A DNA stretch of 64,000 nucleotides from Octopus sinensis. Lineage: Eukaryota. The DNA is taken from the NCBI RefSeq assembly GCF_006345805.1, contig NC_043007.1:63178001-63242000 (forward strand), written 5' to 3'. Below are positions 26,584-39,469 of the stretch, piece after piece (position 1 is the stretch's first letter; each line of letters opens with the position of its first letter). The translations under genes were made by a program, and so were the position numbers. The notes under the pieces were generated by a model. It was not told the origin of the DNA, did no database searches, and saw only the letters and a program-made list of their open reading frames with translations.

Positions 26584-27409
26584 GATGCAGTGAGTATGAA
26601 AACAATTATCAGTATATTACACTCTTCAAACCAAAATAAAAGTTTTTTTTTTTTTTTTCAGATCTTCCATGACAGATGAAATGTTAAGAGAAGTGAAAAG
26701 AAATGCAGTCATTGTTGCCATATATGCAGATCACAGCCATTTAGAAATTGCCAACTTTCTAAATGTTGCAAGATTTTTTTGTACATGCAGTTCAAATAGA
26801 ATTGGAAGCCAATGACAGGACTGTTTCAACTTTATCAAAGTTTCATCAGTGTGTGTATGTGTGTGTGTGTGTGTGTGTGTGCATGCATGTGTGTGTGAAT
26901 AAACATACACACACATGTGTATATATATATGTGTGTGTATGTGTATAACGGACATTAATTAGACTGCCTTAGACAAGATTTAATACCCTCAGAAGTTTTA
27001 ACCTAAGGAAAATTGTTAGTACTGACACTATTGTAGTGACTTTTACAGGTATTACTATGAATCTAACTTTGAACACTCACAGCCCCCTATAGAATACCTA
27101 ATAAGGTTATACAATTTACTCACAAAAAATCATGCTATTTGGAGTAGTGTTATTTGAGGGTTTGTTATGGAGAAAGACAGAAAGAGAGCTGTGTTGGATG
27201 AGAGAGACTACTTGAGGCAGTATTCTACAGCTCCATGCTCTTACTGACACCAACCCTAACATATTTTCAAGGAAGGTACTTTATTTCCCACTATTACATA
27301 TCAACACACTGCTGGATATCTTGTTTACACAAACATCATCACTGTTGAAGTGATGTCAATACTATACACGTGGAGAAAAAGCCACAAATATGTAAATCTT
27401 CACAGATAC

Positions 27410-27550
27410 ACACACATATAGACAGAGTTTCCACCTAGCAAGTTTCACTCATAAACCATTTTTCAGCCTGAGGATATAGCAAAATTCATTTGACCAATGT
27501 GCTACAGAGGGACTGAACACAAAACCTTGTGGTTGTGAAGTGAACTTCTG
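27410..27550 (-). mobile_element. Partial family B SINE (5' part), degraded
   Basis: Reverse complement of the family B head (gggactgaacac...tgtggttgtgaagtgaacttct). Confidence 0.55.
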
Positions 27551-28584
27551 TGTTTTGCACTGGGTGATCTGGGAAGCAATGTTATCCAAGCAGGAGGAAA
27601 TGACTTTAACATTATTGATAGTGAAGAGCTTGTTGTATTTGTGTTAGTGAGAAATGTCTTGCAAAAGATAGAAAGTTCCTGGCTATAGAAAAGACTACAT
27701 TCATGTTAAATGGTAGATTAAACAAGATTACTGTCCTCTAATTCATTTATGGTGTATGTGTGTTTTCTTCCTTACATACTAGCTTCTCACTCGTACTTAG
27801 TTATAACAAGAGGAGCCCTGTTAAAGATATCTGCCTTGTTCCAGTTACAAGATTCCAAATTATGGCTGAGAAAATAAAATATATGTCCTTGTTTAGCTTT
27901 TCATAGAACATTTTTACCTGTGTTCAGTTTGTCTAAGAAGTTAGTTATTGTTTATAGTTATGCTTAAACGAAACTCCTTGAATACTCCTGTACAATCTAT
28001 CCAATGCCATTCATATTGCACGAGATTATTAAGATATCATCTCTGTATAATTTAGAGCTATGAAGGGTGGTATACTTTCTAAGAAAAGCTCTCTGTGGAG
28101 ACACTGAACAAGTCGTTTTTTTTTGTTCCAGCAAGTTTCATTGTGATATAAGAGTACCTTTTTAACATTTATTAGCAACTTAATGTCTTGATTACTAATT
28201 CAAGTAAATTCTTTAAAGAAGTCAAAGGCTTTTAAGTAGAAAGATTGGAAGAGAGGGAAATGCTTAAAATAAAATTTAAGGGTTCAGAGAAAACCATGCT
28301 TGGCAGTCTTGATAAATGTGTTATTTCTAGTTTTTTTTTTTTCATGATATTTTTAAAACAAAGTAAGCAATAACTTATTTGTTATAGGTTAGTCAAATGC
28401 ATTGTCAAGGCATTGTTTTACAGACATATGACCTTCTTGTTTTTACCTGTTTTATTAGTAAGGGATCTCTTATTTCATATGTCTTCAAAACCATAAAATT
28501 TGTAAAAGACATGAAATTTGTAAACAAGTGAAAACAACACTGCTGGCAGCTTGCAACTCTTGTAGAGTGCAAACATAAACAAAC

Positions 28585-28760
28585 ACACATGTATATATAC
28601 AACAGGTTCCCATATAGTTTTTCTCTAGCAAATTCACTCGCAAGGCATCAGTTGACCTGGGGCTATAGTAGAAGACATTTACTCAAGATGCTGCAGTGAA
28701 AGTGAACCTGAAACCACATGGTTAGGAAGTCAACTTCTTAACTACACAACCATATATGCA
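28585..28760 (-). mobile_element. Partial family B SINE (5' part)
   Basis: ggggctatagtagaagac...gaaaccacatggttaggaagtcaacttcttaactacaca matches the reverse complement of the family B head. Confidence 0.7.
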
Positions 28761-29898
28761 CGTCTTACAAAGTAAGCATTATATTTTTATAATTTTATAA
28801 GATAATTTTTCTACTAAATTGCCATGCAAAGTGCACCAATAATATGCCTGTTTCTTCTCGTGTGTACCGTGAAATCAAAAAGATTAAGAATCACTGGTTT
28901 AGAGTCAACATGGCAAAGACCAAATTAGATCATGAAATTCAAGAAACATGACATATAGGTTGATACAAACTCACTACCATATACTCAGTACAAGCAAATA
29001 AGTACATAAAATAAGCAACAGGATAATTTTGTTGGGCTCACAGAAAATCAAGACTTCAGATGTGTTAGAATGCACAGATCATGCATAAAATGAAGCCCGT
29101 GAATTCTTCAGTTGACTCACAAGACATAATTGAAAGACTGTTATAATGGTAATTTAATGAAAGCAGCAACTAGTTGTAGCAAAAAATATGTTTTGCTGGA
29201 GAAGAAAGGGTTGGCAGTTGTTGCTTCTGCTGATTACAAAGAGGTTTTCTATTCATGCAAAAGAAAAACCATATGAAGCATATGTAGAAAGGAAAATTCA
29301 ACAGATCATCAGACTTCAGTACTCATTTCTCATAACCAAACAAAATATATAATGTTAATCTGCATAAAAGGTAGAGCACAAGTGGGCAAAGAAATAGCCA
29401 AATATTAAAAGGAATCAACTGAAATATGCAGGAAAGATAACTGTGCTGGTATAGTGATGTGAATGCATGTCTAGTGTTTAGTGAAAAGGTGCCAAGTATT
29501 GATGGAGAGTATCTGTGTAAAAAAAAAAGACTAAGGTCAGATCTCAAGATGTTGGGCTTCTCAGAAGAGACAACTAATGACTGAAATTATTGATAATATG
29601 CAGTATGGTTAATATATCTAACACAGAAAAGTATGTTAATACATGGTGAATGACATATGCAACATTGTAAGATAACAAGAACTCAACTAAGCAAAAATAT
29701 TTTCAAAGAAAAGTGAGTGGAGTTTAAACATTTTGCTACATCTGACCCAAGAGAAAAATTCATTTTAAACTATTAAATTGTAATTATTACAGTGAAGTTG
29801 CTGTTGTTAATGTAGTGACTTGTTCAGTTCTGGTTGTGAAAAGAATACAATAGAGTAAAACTAATCTAACAATATTTGGTGTGATGAAATATACTTAC

Positions 29899-30035
29899 AG
29901 AGGATTTTCTTGTGCTTCCTTAGCTTTTGGATGTTGACTACTAAAAGGTATTATATCTAAATTCCATACTCCTAGTGCATTTGTTATAACTTGTATTGAG
30001 AAATATCCTCGTTCATCCATATTTGAAGACGGTTG
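29899..30035 (-). CDS. ATXN3: Ataxin-3 exon 3
   Basis: tacag|CAA CCG ... CCT CT|gtaagt; 137 nt; QPSSNMDERGYFSIQVITNALGVWNLDIIPFSSQHPKAKEAQENP. Confidence 0.95.
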
Positions 30036-30943
30036 CTGTAAATATAAAGGATAAATGTACAATTGTGTGTGTGTGTATACACACACACATTCAACAATTA
30101 TCAACAAAATATACACAGAAAACATAGCTAAAAAGTAAAGAATTTCAACATCAGATTTGTCCACTTATTACTAAATAAGATATTAAAGATCAAATAGAAA
30201 GCAAAACATCTTAGTAAATAGCAATGGACATTGAATATCAATGTCAGAAGTGTAAAAATGATAGATTTGAAAATTGAACTATTTAAAATATGAACCAACA
30301 TATCACACCCACATTCTTTAAGAATCCCGACCATAACATCAAAACTAATATGTATTGTGAAGTTAAGAGACATCCAAGCAAACTGGATTCAACTTGCATC
30401 TATATGTTATATATTTTTTTTAATAAAAATAACCACTGACCAATATATTAGGCATTCCAACACTATTCCATGTCACTGAACATACTTAACCCAGATGTGC
30501 TATACATTACTTGCCTCAGTTTATCTAAGGGCAAACTTTCAGACACCAATAATTTCCTGTATATCAAAATATAATATGGGTGCAGAAAAATGGTTAAAAA
30601 ATGATGTCTTCCAACACACACACCACTTAACTACCCCTCAACAGCTAATACGCCATCACCATTCTCTACAACCAACAGGATTTTCATCATGTGACTGGCA
30701 TTCCAGCCATAACCATCCCAATTTTTTTAGTGCATTATCATATTCAGGATTGCTTTATCCAGTATATTCATTCATTTTTAAGCTGGGCAACAGTACTAAA
30801 TAACTAAATATCTCTTTCTTCAACTAATTAGACTTTAGTCTATAACCTAGCAGTCTTTAGACTATGAACAACTACAGGAACATTAAACATCATCACCATC
30901 ACAAAAATAAACATGGGTATATGTATATTAATATCTCACTCAC

Positions 30944-31108
30944 CTCTAAAAAGTGCATATATTCTTGTGAGTTCTCACCACCCTCAGCCATCTGCTCCCT
31001 TTCTTGGTCATCTAATTTCTTGGCTATTTGTGCCAAATCTATAGGGCTGAAATACTGGCCTTGAAGAAGGGAGTTCAGACAGTGAAGGGCACATAATGAA
31101 CCCTGTTG
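30944..31108 (-). CDS. ATXN3: Ataxin-3 exon 2 (Josephin domain, catalytic Cys)
   Basis: ag|CAA CAG GGT ... TTA GAG|gtgagt; 165 nt; QQGSLCALHCLNSLLQGQYFSPIDLAQIAKKLDDQEREQMAEGGENSQEYMHFLE. Confidence 0.96.
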
Positions 31109-31414
31109 CTATAAAAGAAAATAGAAAAACAACACATACAAAGCTGATAAAAGAACTTAACCTGTAAATTATTTTATGAAAATCTTGTATGGTTTAAGTA
31201 AAGAAGTAAAACAACAAGAACGATTCCAATTTTTATATTCGTAACTTACAAACCCTAGCCTTCTTAAGCCCTTTTACAATAAGAGAGAATATTTTCTCCA
31301 CAATAATTGCAGTGAATTTGCCTTTAGAAAAGTTGAAATATGTCAAAAACATATTTTAACTAACCGAAAGTTCTATAAATATACATCCATATCTATCTAT
31401 CTATCTATATATAT

Positions 31415-31473
<59 letters not shown>

Positions 31474-32298
31474 TTTACATGTACATATATATATATTTAT
31501 ATATATATAGGGCAAATAAGAAAATGGAGAGGATAAACAATCAACAATCAGCTTGTAAAATTCAATTATATCTATTTATTAATTGATTACAATCATATGT
31601 GTAAGTGATCCAAAGAAACGAATGAAATAAGCAAATATATAAATAAAAATAAATGAAGACTAGATGAGCGTACAAATACTAAACTCTTACAACTGTTTCT
31701 ACCATGGGGTTGCCAAATCTTCCAAGTTTTCCACATCAAGCCAGTAATATACAGAGATGAACAAACATTGAACAGGGGTTGGACAATGGATGAGCCCCAA
31801 GGCTGCATCAGAAAGACCAAATGTTAGGAAACTAACATGTGGGGAAATAAGTTAAAATGATAAAGTAAGATAAAATAAAATAATAGAAATAGTAAGGAAC
31901 GGTAAGAACGTCATTATCCATAATCCACGGTATTACATCTTATGGTAAAGAAAGTCACTTCCAGGAGAAATTTCTGCACGCTGTGAGGGTTACATTGTGT
32001 TTCAATTATACTTAGGGTATAGCCCATAGGGGTATTGGGAATAGGTTTCAGTTAATAAGTAACAAGTAATAACATAACACTAAGGTTTTATCTAATTTTT
32101 CTTTCATTGATATACTTATGTATTGAATTTCTCCAAACAGGTTCAATTTAAGTTAATTCTGCTAATTCCTTTTATAATGGTCTATTAAATAGCAGTTAGC
32201 CTCTAACTTCTGACCCCTGTGACATGGACCATACTATTAAACACACTACACAACATCTTACCCTTGCTATTTCCTCCATATATATATATATATATATA

Positions 32299-32666
32299 TC
32301 ATCATCGTCGTTTAACGTCCGTTCTCCATGCTAGCATGGGTTGGACGGTTCGACCGGGGTTCTGGGAAGCCAGAAGGCTGCACCAGGCTCCAGTCTAATT
32401 TGGCAATGTTTCTACAGCTGGATGCCCTTCCTAACGCCAACCACTCCGTGAGTGTAGTGGGTGCTTTTTACGTGCCACCTGCACAGGTGCCAGGCGGGGC
32501 TGGCAACGGCCACGGTCAGATTGGTGTATTTTATGTGCCACCGGCACGGAAGCCAGTCGAGGCGGTGCTGGCATCGGCCACGAGTCGGATAGTGCTTTTT
32601 ACGTACCACTATCCGACTCGTGGCCGATGCCAGCACCGCCTCGACTGGCTTCCGTGCCGGTGGCAC

Positions 32667-32669
<3 letters not shown>
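32299..32669 (-). mobile_element. 5'-truncated RTE 3' UTR copy ending in a perfect fold-back
   Basis: (cat)n tail plus ttaacgtccgttctccatgctagcatgggttggacgg, the same end as the RTE at 45955; inserted in (TA)n; inverted duplication 32532-32669. Confidence 0.85.
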
Positions 32670-32720
<51 letters not shown>

Positions 32721-32732
32721 GTACATATAATA

Positions 32733-32781
<49 letters not shown>

Positions 32782-32824
32782 ACATGTATGTATGTAAGTA
32801 TATTTTGGAAAAATGCAAGCATTT

Positions 32825-33302
32825 ATGGAAAATGCGAGCATGAAAAGTAATATTCTTAAGATTATAAACCTGGAAAAGTAAAAGACAAGTTATTACACCT
32901 GGAAAAGTAAATAAGAAACTTTTTACTTAAAATATTGCAGCAAAGAATGCCATTTCTTCTAATTTATCACTCTTTACAATTCTCATCTTTTAAATTTATT
33001 GTACAAAACTGTTCTGCTAATTTGTAAGTTTGTTTAATTCATCACTTTTTTCTGTATTTAAGGTAGTAAATTAGCCAAATTCTAATTAAATAAGTATAGT
33101 GTTATTTGTAAACTATAATAAAATAATTTTTAATATTCAAATTTTAATTTTAGCTGAAATATTTTAAGTAAAAATATTCTTATTCGTTACTTTACTAGAA
33201 GTAATAGCTTGTCCTATACTTTTCCAAGTGTAATAACTTGTCTTGTACTTTTCCAGGTTTATAAGCTTAAGAATATTACTTTTCATGCTTGCATTTTTCC
33301 AT
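32825..33302. mobile_element. MITE with ~85-bp terminal inverted repeats
   Basis: atggaaaatgcgagcatgaaaagtaatattcttaag...ggaaaagta (32825-32909) is the near reverse complement of 33217-33302; the interior is AT-rich and non-coding. Confidence 0.75.
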
Positions 33303-33342
33303 GTAATCCATGATTTTTCCATGCATTGCTACTATAAGATAA

Positions 33343-34210
33343 CTAACTTAAGGTGACCCGCTCTACGCGCGGGTAAGAGTGTGGTTGTTACCTTCAGTTG
33401 CTTCCTTTCTGTTTTTTATCACCACATTCTCCCTCTTTGTTTCTCTGTCACTTTCCCACTCTCTTACTCTTCCTTTCTCTTGGACTCTCCCTCGCTTTCT
33501 CTTACTCTCTCTCTCCCATTTATAAACAACAAAAGATCTTGAGTAAGTTGAGAAAGAAATATTTTGAAAGATCAATCATAAATATCAGGCAGTGACAACG
33601 GAAAGGTCTGCTTCAAGGCAGACAGCAAAACACTAACATTTAAAAGGGACAGACGAACTTGCAAGCTGAATAAAAATTAAAAAATATTGGAAACCAAAGT
33701 TTGAAGGGATAGAATCTGAGGATAATAGACTCACCATAGCTGGCATTTCTTAATGACGGACAGCAACATAGTGCCAGTTTAACAGCTGGCATAAAATTTT
33801 GAACTTGATGTAAAAGAAAATTCCTAAACACCAAGTTTTGAAGTGATTCTTTCTCACAACAGTAGACTCACCATGGCAAACATTCAAAACTTCTTCATCA
33901 TGGACGGCAACACATTGACGATTTAAAGGGTGGCGCAATTTTTTTAGCTTGATGTACAGAGAATTCCTAAATAACCCGATTTCATTCGGGTCTACTCAGG
34001 CCACATTTTGTAAGTTGAGGAATTTTGTCCTAGAGGTCACGCCTTTCATTTGTGGAAAAAAATAGTTGCTATGCAAACTCGCCAGCACTTTTAACATAGG
34101 TGTGCATATTTTCAGCTCAACCGACCACATAATGCACACATTATATATATATATATATGTGTACATATATATGTATTACATATATGTGTGTGTGTATGCA
34201 TTATATATAC

Positions 34211-34246
<36 letters not shown>

Positions 34247-34765
34247 CAGATATATACACTTTGTACATATACATTATATATACATATTTATATATAGAAC
34301 ACACACACACATATATAAATTAACCCAATAAATATCTGATTCATAACATTTGTTCTCATTCTCTCTATGAATGCAGACAGACGTAGAGAGAGAGAGAGAG
34401 AGTAAGTGGAAGAAAGAGTGACAGCACTGGCGAAAGTGGCAGGGGAAAGATAGTAGACGCTGTGAAACGTCGTTATAGAGAGAAAGTGAAGGGAAGGGAG
34501 GAAAGAGAGAGAGAAGGAGAAAGACAAGCAGATAAGAGAATGAGAGAAACGACAAAGACATGTCAAAGTGTGAGATTTTTTGCCCTAGTAACCACAGCTT
34601 TTGAGATAGGGATTTCTAACCTAGCTCACTCACATCCTCACCTCATTTTACATGTCCCTGTAAATTTTGGAGCGAATCCGACGGGATCTAGTGTCCTTTA
34701 ACCCATTCCAATGCCAAAACCAGACAAACAAACAAACTTTCTCATTTCAGATTTATTGATATTGA
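33343..34765 (-). mobile_element. Non-autonomous Helitron
   Basis: Minus strand starts A|TC (tcaatatcaataaatctg) and ends with hairpin acccgc-7nt-gcgggt (33356-33374), then TTAG|T. Contains internal ~135-bp diverged tandem repeats (33725-33980) and microsatellites. Confidence 0.7.
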
Positions 34766-35324
34766 TTAATAATGTGTCAATTAATAATTTAAGATTTTAA
34801 CTTATAAAATACTGAAAGATGATATTTCAATTTTTCCATGTAAGTGTTGATAATATTTCAATTCTTTTCATGTTTAATTTAAATATATGTTATTGAATTA
34901 TTTGATATTACTCATCCACACCAAATTAATGGCAGGGATTTTTACCATCTTGTTGGTTGCACCATGGCTCGCCAAAAGTTACGAATCACAAGACTCCAAA
35001 ACCATCAGTTACCAGGCTCACCTTAAGTAACCTAGATTTTGAGTTGGTGATAATAGCACTGACTGCTGCTAATCTAGAGTGGAGGTACCAGCTAATAGTA
35101 GAATGTTTATGTTGCACCATTTTTTCATAATATTTTGGATAGTTGAAGGGGGATAACTCTTTGATTCACCATTATAAATTGAATAAGATACTTAAAACCA
35201 TCAGATAGTAAACTAATCAGCCAATTAGCTAATCAATCAATAAATTAACCAATCAATTAATGAATCGTTTGTGCATTGGGGTTGTATATTAATGCTTTCA
35301 TTCCTATATATGTTATATTTTTCC

Positions 35325-35950
35325 TTGTGTAGAGGATAGATTTGAAATTCTTTTACTTATATTTAGTAGTAGGGCTTTTTTTATTTGTAAGGGATGGTTA
35401 TTAGAGCTGTTTATATATCTTAGTGTAGAGTTTTCTTTAGTATAAAGCCCATGGAGTCCAGTATTTAAGCTACAATTTGCATCTAAATAGTTTATAGAAT
35501 AGTTTTCATTTTCTATGGTTATGGATAGGCCAAACCTATCGAAAAATTTATGTAATCTCTATTTTAGTATTTCTAGGAGTCTATTTGAAACGTTCTTAGC
35601 TAATTCGGGGAATTCTCTACTTATATTATCCAGGATGTATAGACCTACAAGGTCTGTTGCTTCTGCCAAGTCCATCGATCCCATTGTGATATCAAAGAGG
35701 TCTAGTGTATCTTTCCTCGCCTATAATTTGTTATCAAATTCAATAACAGTCTTACAGGCAGTAAGTATCACATTTGTCTCCCCCATACTTAGGTTGGTAT
35801 ATCTCCTGGAGAAAATGAGGGCATTATTAAGGACAACAGGGTTTATAGATGCAAATAGTTCTGTATATCGATTTGTAAGAACTTTTGGTTATATCTATTT
35901 CATATCTGTACATTGGAGACCCAATCCAGTGCACCTTGTGTGTTTTTCCA
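35325..35950 (-). pseudogene. Penelope-like element reverse transcriptase remnant (Neptune/Naiad-type)
   Basis: Manual minus-strand translation: FDITMGSMDLAEATDLVGLYIL...FGLSITIE...INYLDA...YINSSNNHPLQIKKALLLNISKRISNLSS, with in-frame stops. Confidence 0.75.
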
Positions 35951-36334
35951 TAATTCTAGTTTGACTTTATTTTTGAGTGTTGGCAGATATTTATCTAAGA
36001 TTACTAAGTTTACTTATGTCAAATTTGTTGGGCAATAATAATAGCAGCAACAATAGAAATGAAAATAATAATATTAACCTAACCAATAATAATAACAATA
36101 ATCACAATAGTAACAACAACAATAGCATTATTGGTATAAACAATAGCCACAGTACCAATAAAATCCCACTTTAATTTCCCATGAATTACTTGTCATATTA
36201 CTGCGGGAAATTACTTTGGAAGAAATCTTTGCAGAAAGGTGAGTAGATTGATTACATTATGCTATCGCAGTTTTGTGAGATTTGGGTGTTATTTCTAGCA
36301 TGTGGCTAGTCTACTTGAAGGCTTAGTTGTTACT

Positions 36335-36703
36335 CTTTTACCAGTTTCAGTCATTTGACTGTGGCCATGCTGTAGCACTGCCTTCAGTCGAGCAAATCAA
36401 CCCCAGGACTTTTTCTTTGGAAACCTAGTATTTATTCTAACAGTCTCTTTTGCCGAACCGCTAAGTTACGGGGGACATAAACACACCAGCATCGGTTGTC
36501 AAGCGATGTTGGGGGGACAAACACAGATACACAAACATATATACACACACACACATACATACACACATATATATATACATATGACAGGCTTCTTTCAGTT
36601 TCCATCAACCAAATCCACTCACAAGCCTTTGGTCAGCCTGAGGCTATAGAAGAAGACACTTGCCCAAGGTGCCACGCAGTGAGACTGAACCCGGAACCAT
36701 GGG
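36335..36703 (-). mobile_element. Family B SINE (5'-truncated)
   Basis: Reverse complement of 11664-12050. Confidence 0.85.
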
Positions 36704-37358
36704 GTATATATATATTTTTTTAATGTTAAAAAATAGAAATTTTACAAACAAATTTTTTTAAGAATCGTAATCTTCATATTTTTCTACGTATCTGACGAAA
36801 AAAAAATTTCCTGAAAAAGTGAGAAATGGGGAGGTGGGGATTGAAATTTTGAAAATGCAGATAAACTGTTACCAAGTTATGGGCAAAAAACTTGGATCTT
36901 GTGAATTTTCCGAAGTCCTCTCCCCAATCCTTTGGAAAGACCCCCCCCATTGCTTTCCGCACATTCTTTTTTCATATTCATTTCCTACACATTTATTGCA
37001 CTATATTTTTTAAAACTTTGTTTCCAGGTAATATTGTAAACATTAACCAATGTTTTAAGTTCTTGCCAAGTGATACTTCGTTCTTAATATTTACTGTTAC
37101 ATGTGAGTACTGTTTCCATAGCTCTGTCAACATATTCGTTATACTTTTTAACATTCCAGATAAAAACAATATGTAGGTGTGCGCACAAGTATGCATGTGA
37201 ATGTTTGTGAGAAAGTTTGGTTATTTTTAGACCTCACGCTGTGTAAATAAGATACAAATATTGTCATCATAATACAATTGCCTGTCTCACTATTACATTT
37301 TCATTTTCATACTATTCTATTTAATTAATAAATATTCAATTCAAATTTGTTCATTGAA

Positions 37359-39465
37359 GATGGAACGGTCCAATCATAGAAGAACTGCAAAATGTTTGAG
37401 TCAGCAACTATGAAGATTGAGGCAAACTCAAAAGCAGAAAGAAGAGCAATGTAAAAGGAATACAGAAAGACGGCATTAGCTCCGTTTAGCGCAGTCACAA
37501 GAACAACGTGAGCAGATTTTAGAACAAAATGCTGCTCAGCATTGAAATACAAGGCAACAACTGTCACAAGAACAATGTGAGCAGATTTTAGAACAAAATG
37601 CAGCATAACACAGAAGACATCAGCAAATCAATAATAGGCTGACTCTTAATATAGCTCGATAATATGATATAGAAGGACTTCTACAGGTTCCTGTTGACGA
37701 ACCTATGATGAACTATGATGAACCTACAGGTTCATCATAGTAGCAGCCTCATGGAAGTGCGTTACCACCACTGCAATGCTTTGATGCTAATTGGAGAGCA
37801 TACAGGAGGAATAATATGCAATCCCAGTTTTGGTATATGCTGTAAATCAGGAATAAAAAAATTGAAAATATCCCCGAGTTGCTGAACGAACTTGCTGATC
37901 TCTTTCTTTCTAAAACTCCTGAAGCAAAATATTTCAAATGTAATATTCGAAGATTCAACAGTGCAATGGCAATGTGTTCTATGAAAGTAGATGACACTTC
38001 AATATTGAGAGGAATTACAAACTACAGAATACATGGAATCTAGAAACCAAATAGGAACAGTACTGTCTACCTTACAAATGTATTTCTATGATCATGAAGA
38101 ACAAATAAGATGAATTCAAAGAATGTCTCTTAACAATGCAAACCAAGCCTTCAACGTAAACACATTTTGAAAAATTCATTCTACTATGATATCTGCTGGA
38201 AATACTTACAATCTTTTCTATCCGTGCAGGAGCAAAGTGACACTGGAAATATTCCTGCTGATGTGTCAGTTGGCTTACATGCAAAAAAACACCTCATGGG
38301 AAAAAATCCAGGAGATATAATCTACCAACTTCTAATGAGCTTGCTATTCTTATACAAAATTCAGAGCAAAGAATAACAAAAAATCTTTACAAACACTAAG
38401 TGACTCGCATCTATCATATGACCCAATGATGTACCCATGTTTTTTCCTTCTGGCCTAGATGGGTAGCACCTTGCATTAATGAATGAAAATGGCAACCGTC
38501 AAATTTCGATAGTTCAATTTTGCTGTTATTGCATCATGAAAAGAACAGGATCTACAAAATATATTGCAATTAGGTCAGCGTTTGTTTCACCAACACTGTG
38601 TAGATCAATTTGCCAAAGTACAATCCACCCGTCTACGATAGTTCGTAACAATCAAGCAACCTTAAATGCTGATTTGCAGGTCGTAGATATTTATTATCAA
38701 GTTCATTTACAGGAAGTCCACGATACATGGCAAAACACTAACAGGATGCAATGGCCATAGTTAGAAAGTTTGGCAAACCTACTTTATTTCTGATTTTTAC
38801 ATGCAACCCAAAATAGCATGAAATAGTTAACGAGCATTCTGTGGGCCAGATGGCAGTTGACCGACCAGATATCACTGTAAGAGTATTTAAATTAAAGCAA
38901 CAGCAACTATTGCACGATATCAAATCAGGAGTCCTTGGGAAACTTATTGCTCATGTGAACACAGTGGAATTTCAAAAAAGAGGATTACCTCATTGCCATT
39001 TCTTATTCATAATACAAAATCATCACAACACAGGGCAAGAAATTGATAATATTGAACTTCCTAATCCTGAAAAACTATTATCATCACATCTTTATTCCTT
39101 GGTGAAGAAACACATGATACTTGGACCCTGCGGAAAAAATAATTTAAATTCTCCCTGCATGGTAAATGGTGTATGCAGTAAAAGATATCCAAAAGATTAC
39201 AGATCACAAACCTTAATTGGAAATCATTCTTATCCACAATATCATTGCCAAATGGTGGCTTCACAGCTTCAATACATATTGGAAATAGAGAAATTGTTGC
39301 TGATAACTGTTATGTAATTCCTTATAATGCTTGGTTGTTGCAGAAGTATGAGGCACATATTAATCTTGAATGGTTTGCATCTATTAAGGCTGTGAAATAT
39401 CTTTACAAGTACATTTTCAAAGGTGTTGACCATGCAACAGTTTCTTTACACAGACAAGAAGATGG
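37359..39465 (+). mobile_element. Helitron RepHel pseudogene, N-terminal and Rep (HUH) part
   Basis: GSPRYM...QDAMAIVRKFGKPTLFLIFTCNPK, DRPDITVRVF, VEFQKRGLPHCHFL, GPCG...PCM...CSKRYPK, VIPYN...YEAHINLE...AVKYLYKYIFKG. Frameshifted; 69-bp N-terminal tandem repeat at 37494-37606; truncated at the RTE junction. Confidence 0.92.
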
Positions 39466-39469
39466 TGTG

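Noticed and set aside
31870-32270. Possible PLE GIY-YIG/3' remnant on the minus strand
   Set aside because: No recognisable motif could be read with confidence.
35515-35964. 149-aa plus-strand ORF
   Set aside because: Antisense shadow of the Penelope-like RT remnant on the minus strand.
36035-36160. Asn-rich ORF 35977-36174
   Set aside because: (AAT/AAC)n low-complexity tract next to the PLE remnant; no splice or homology support.
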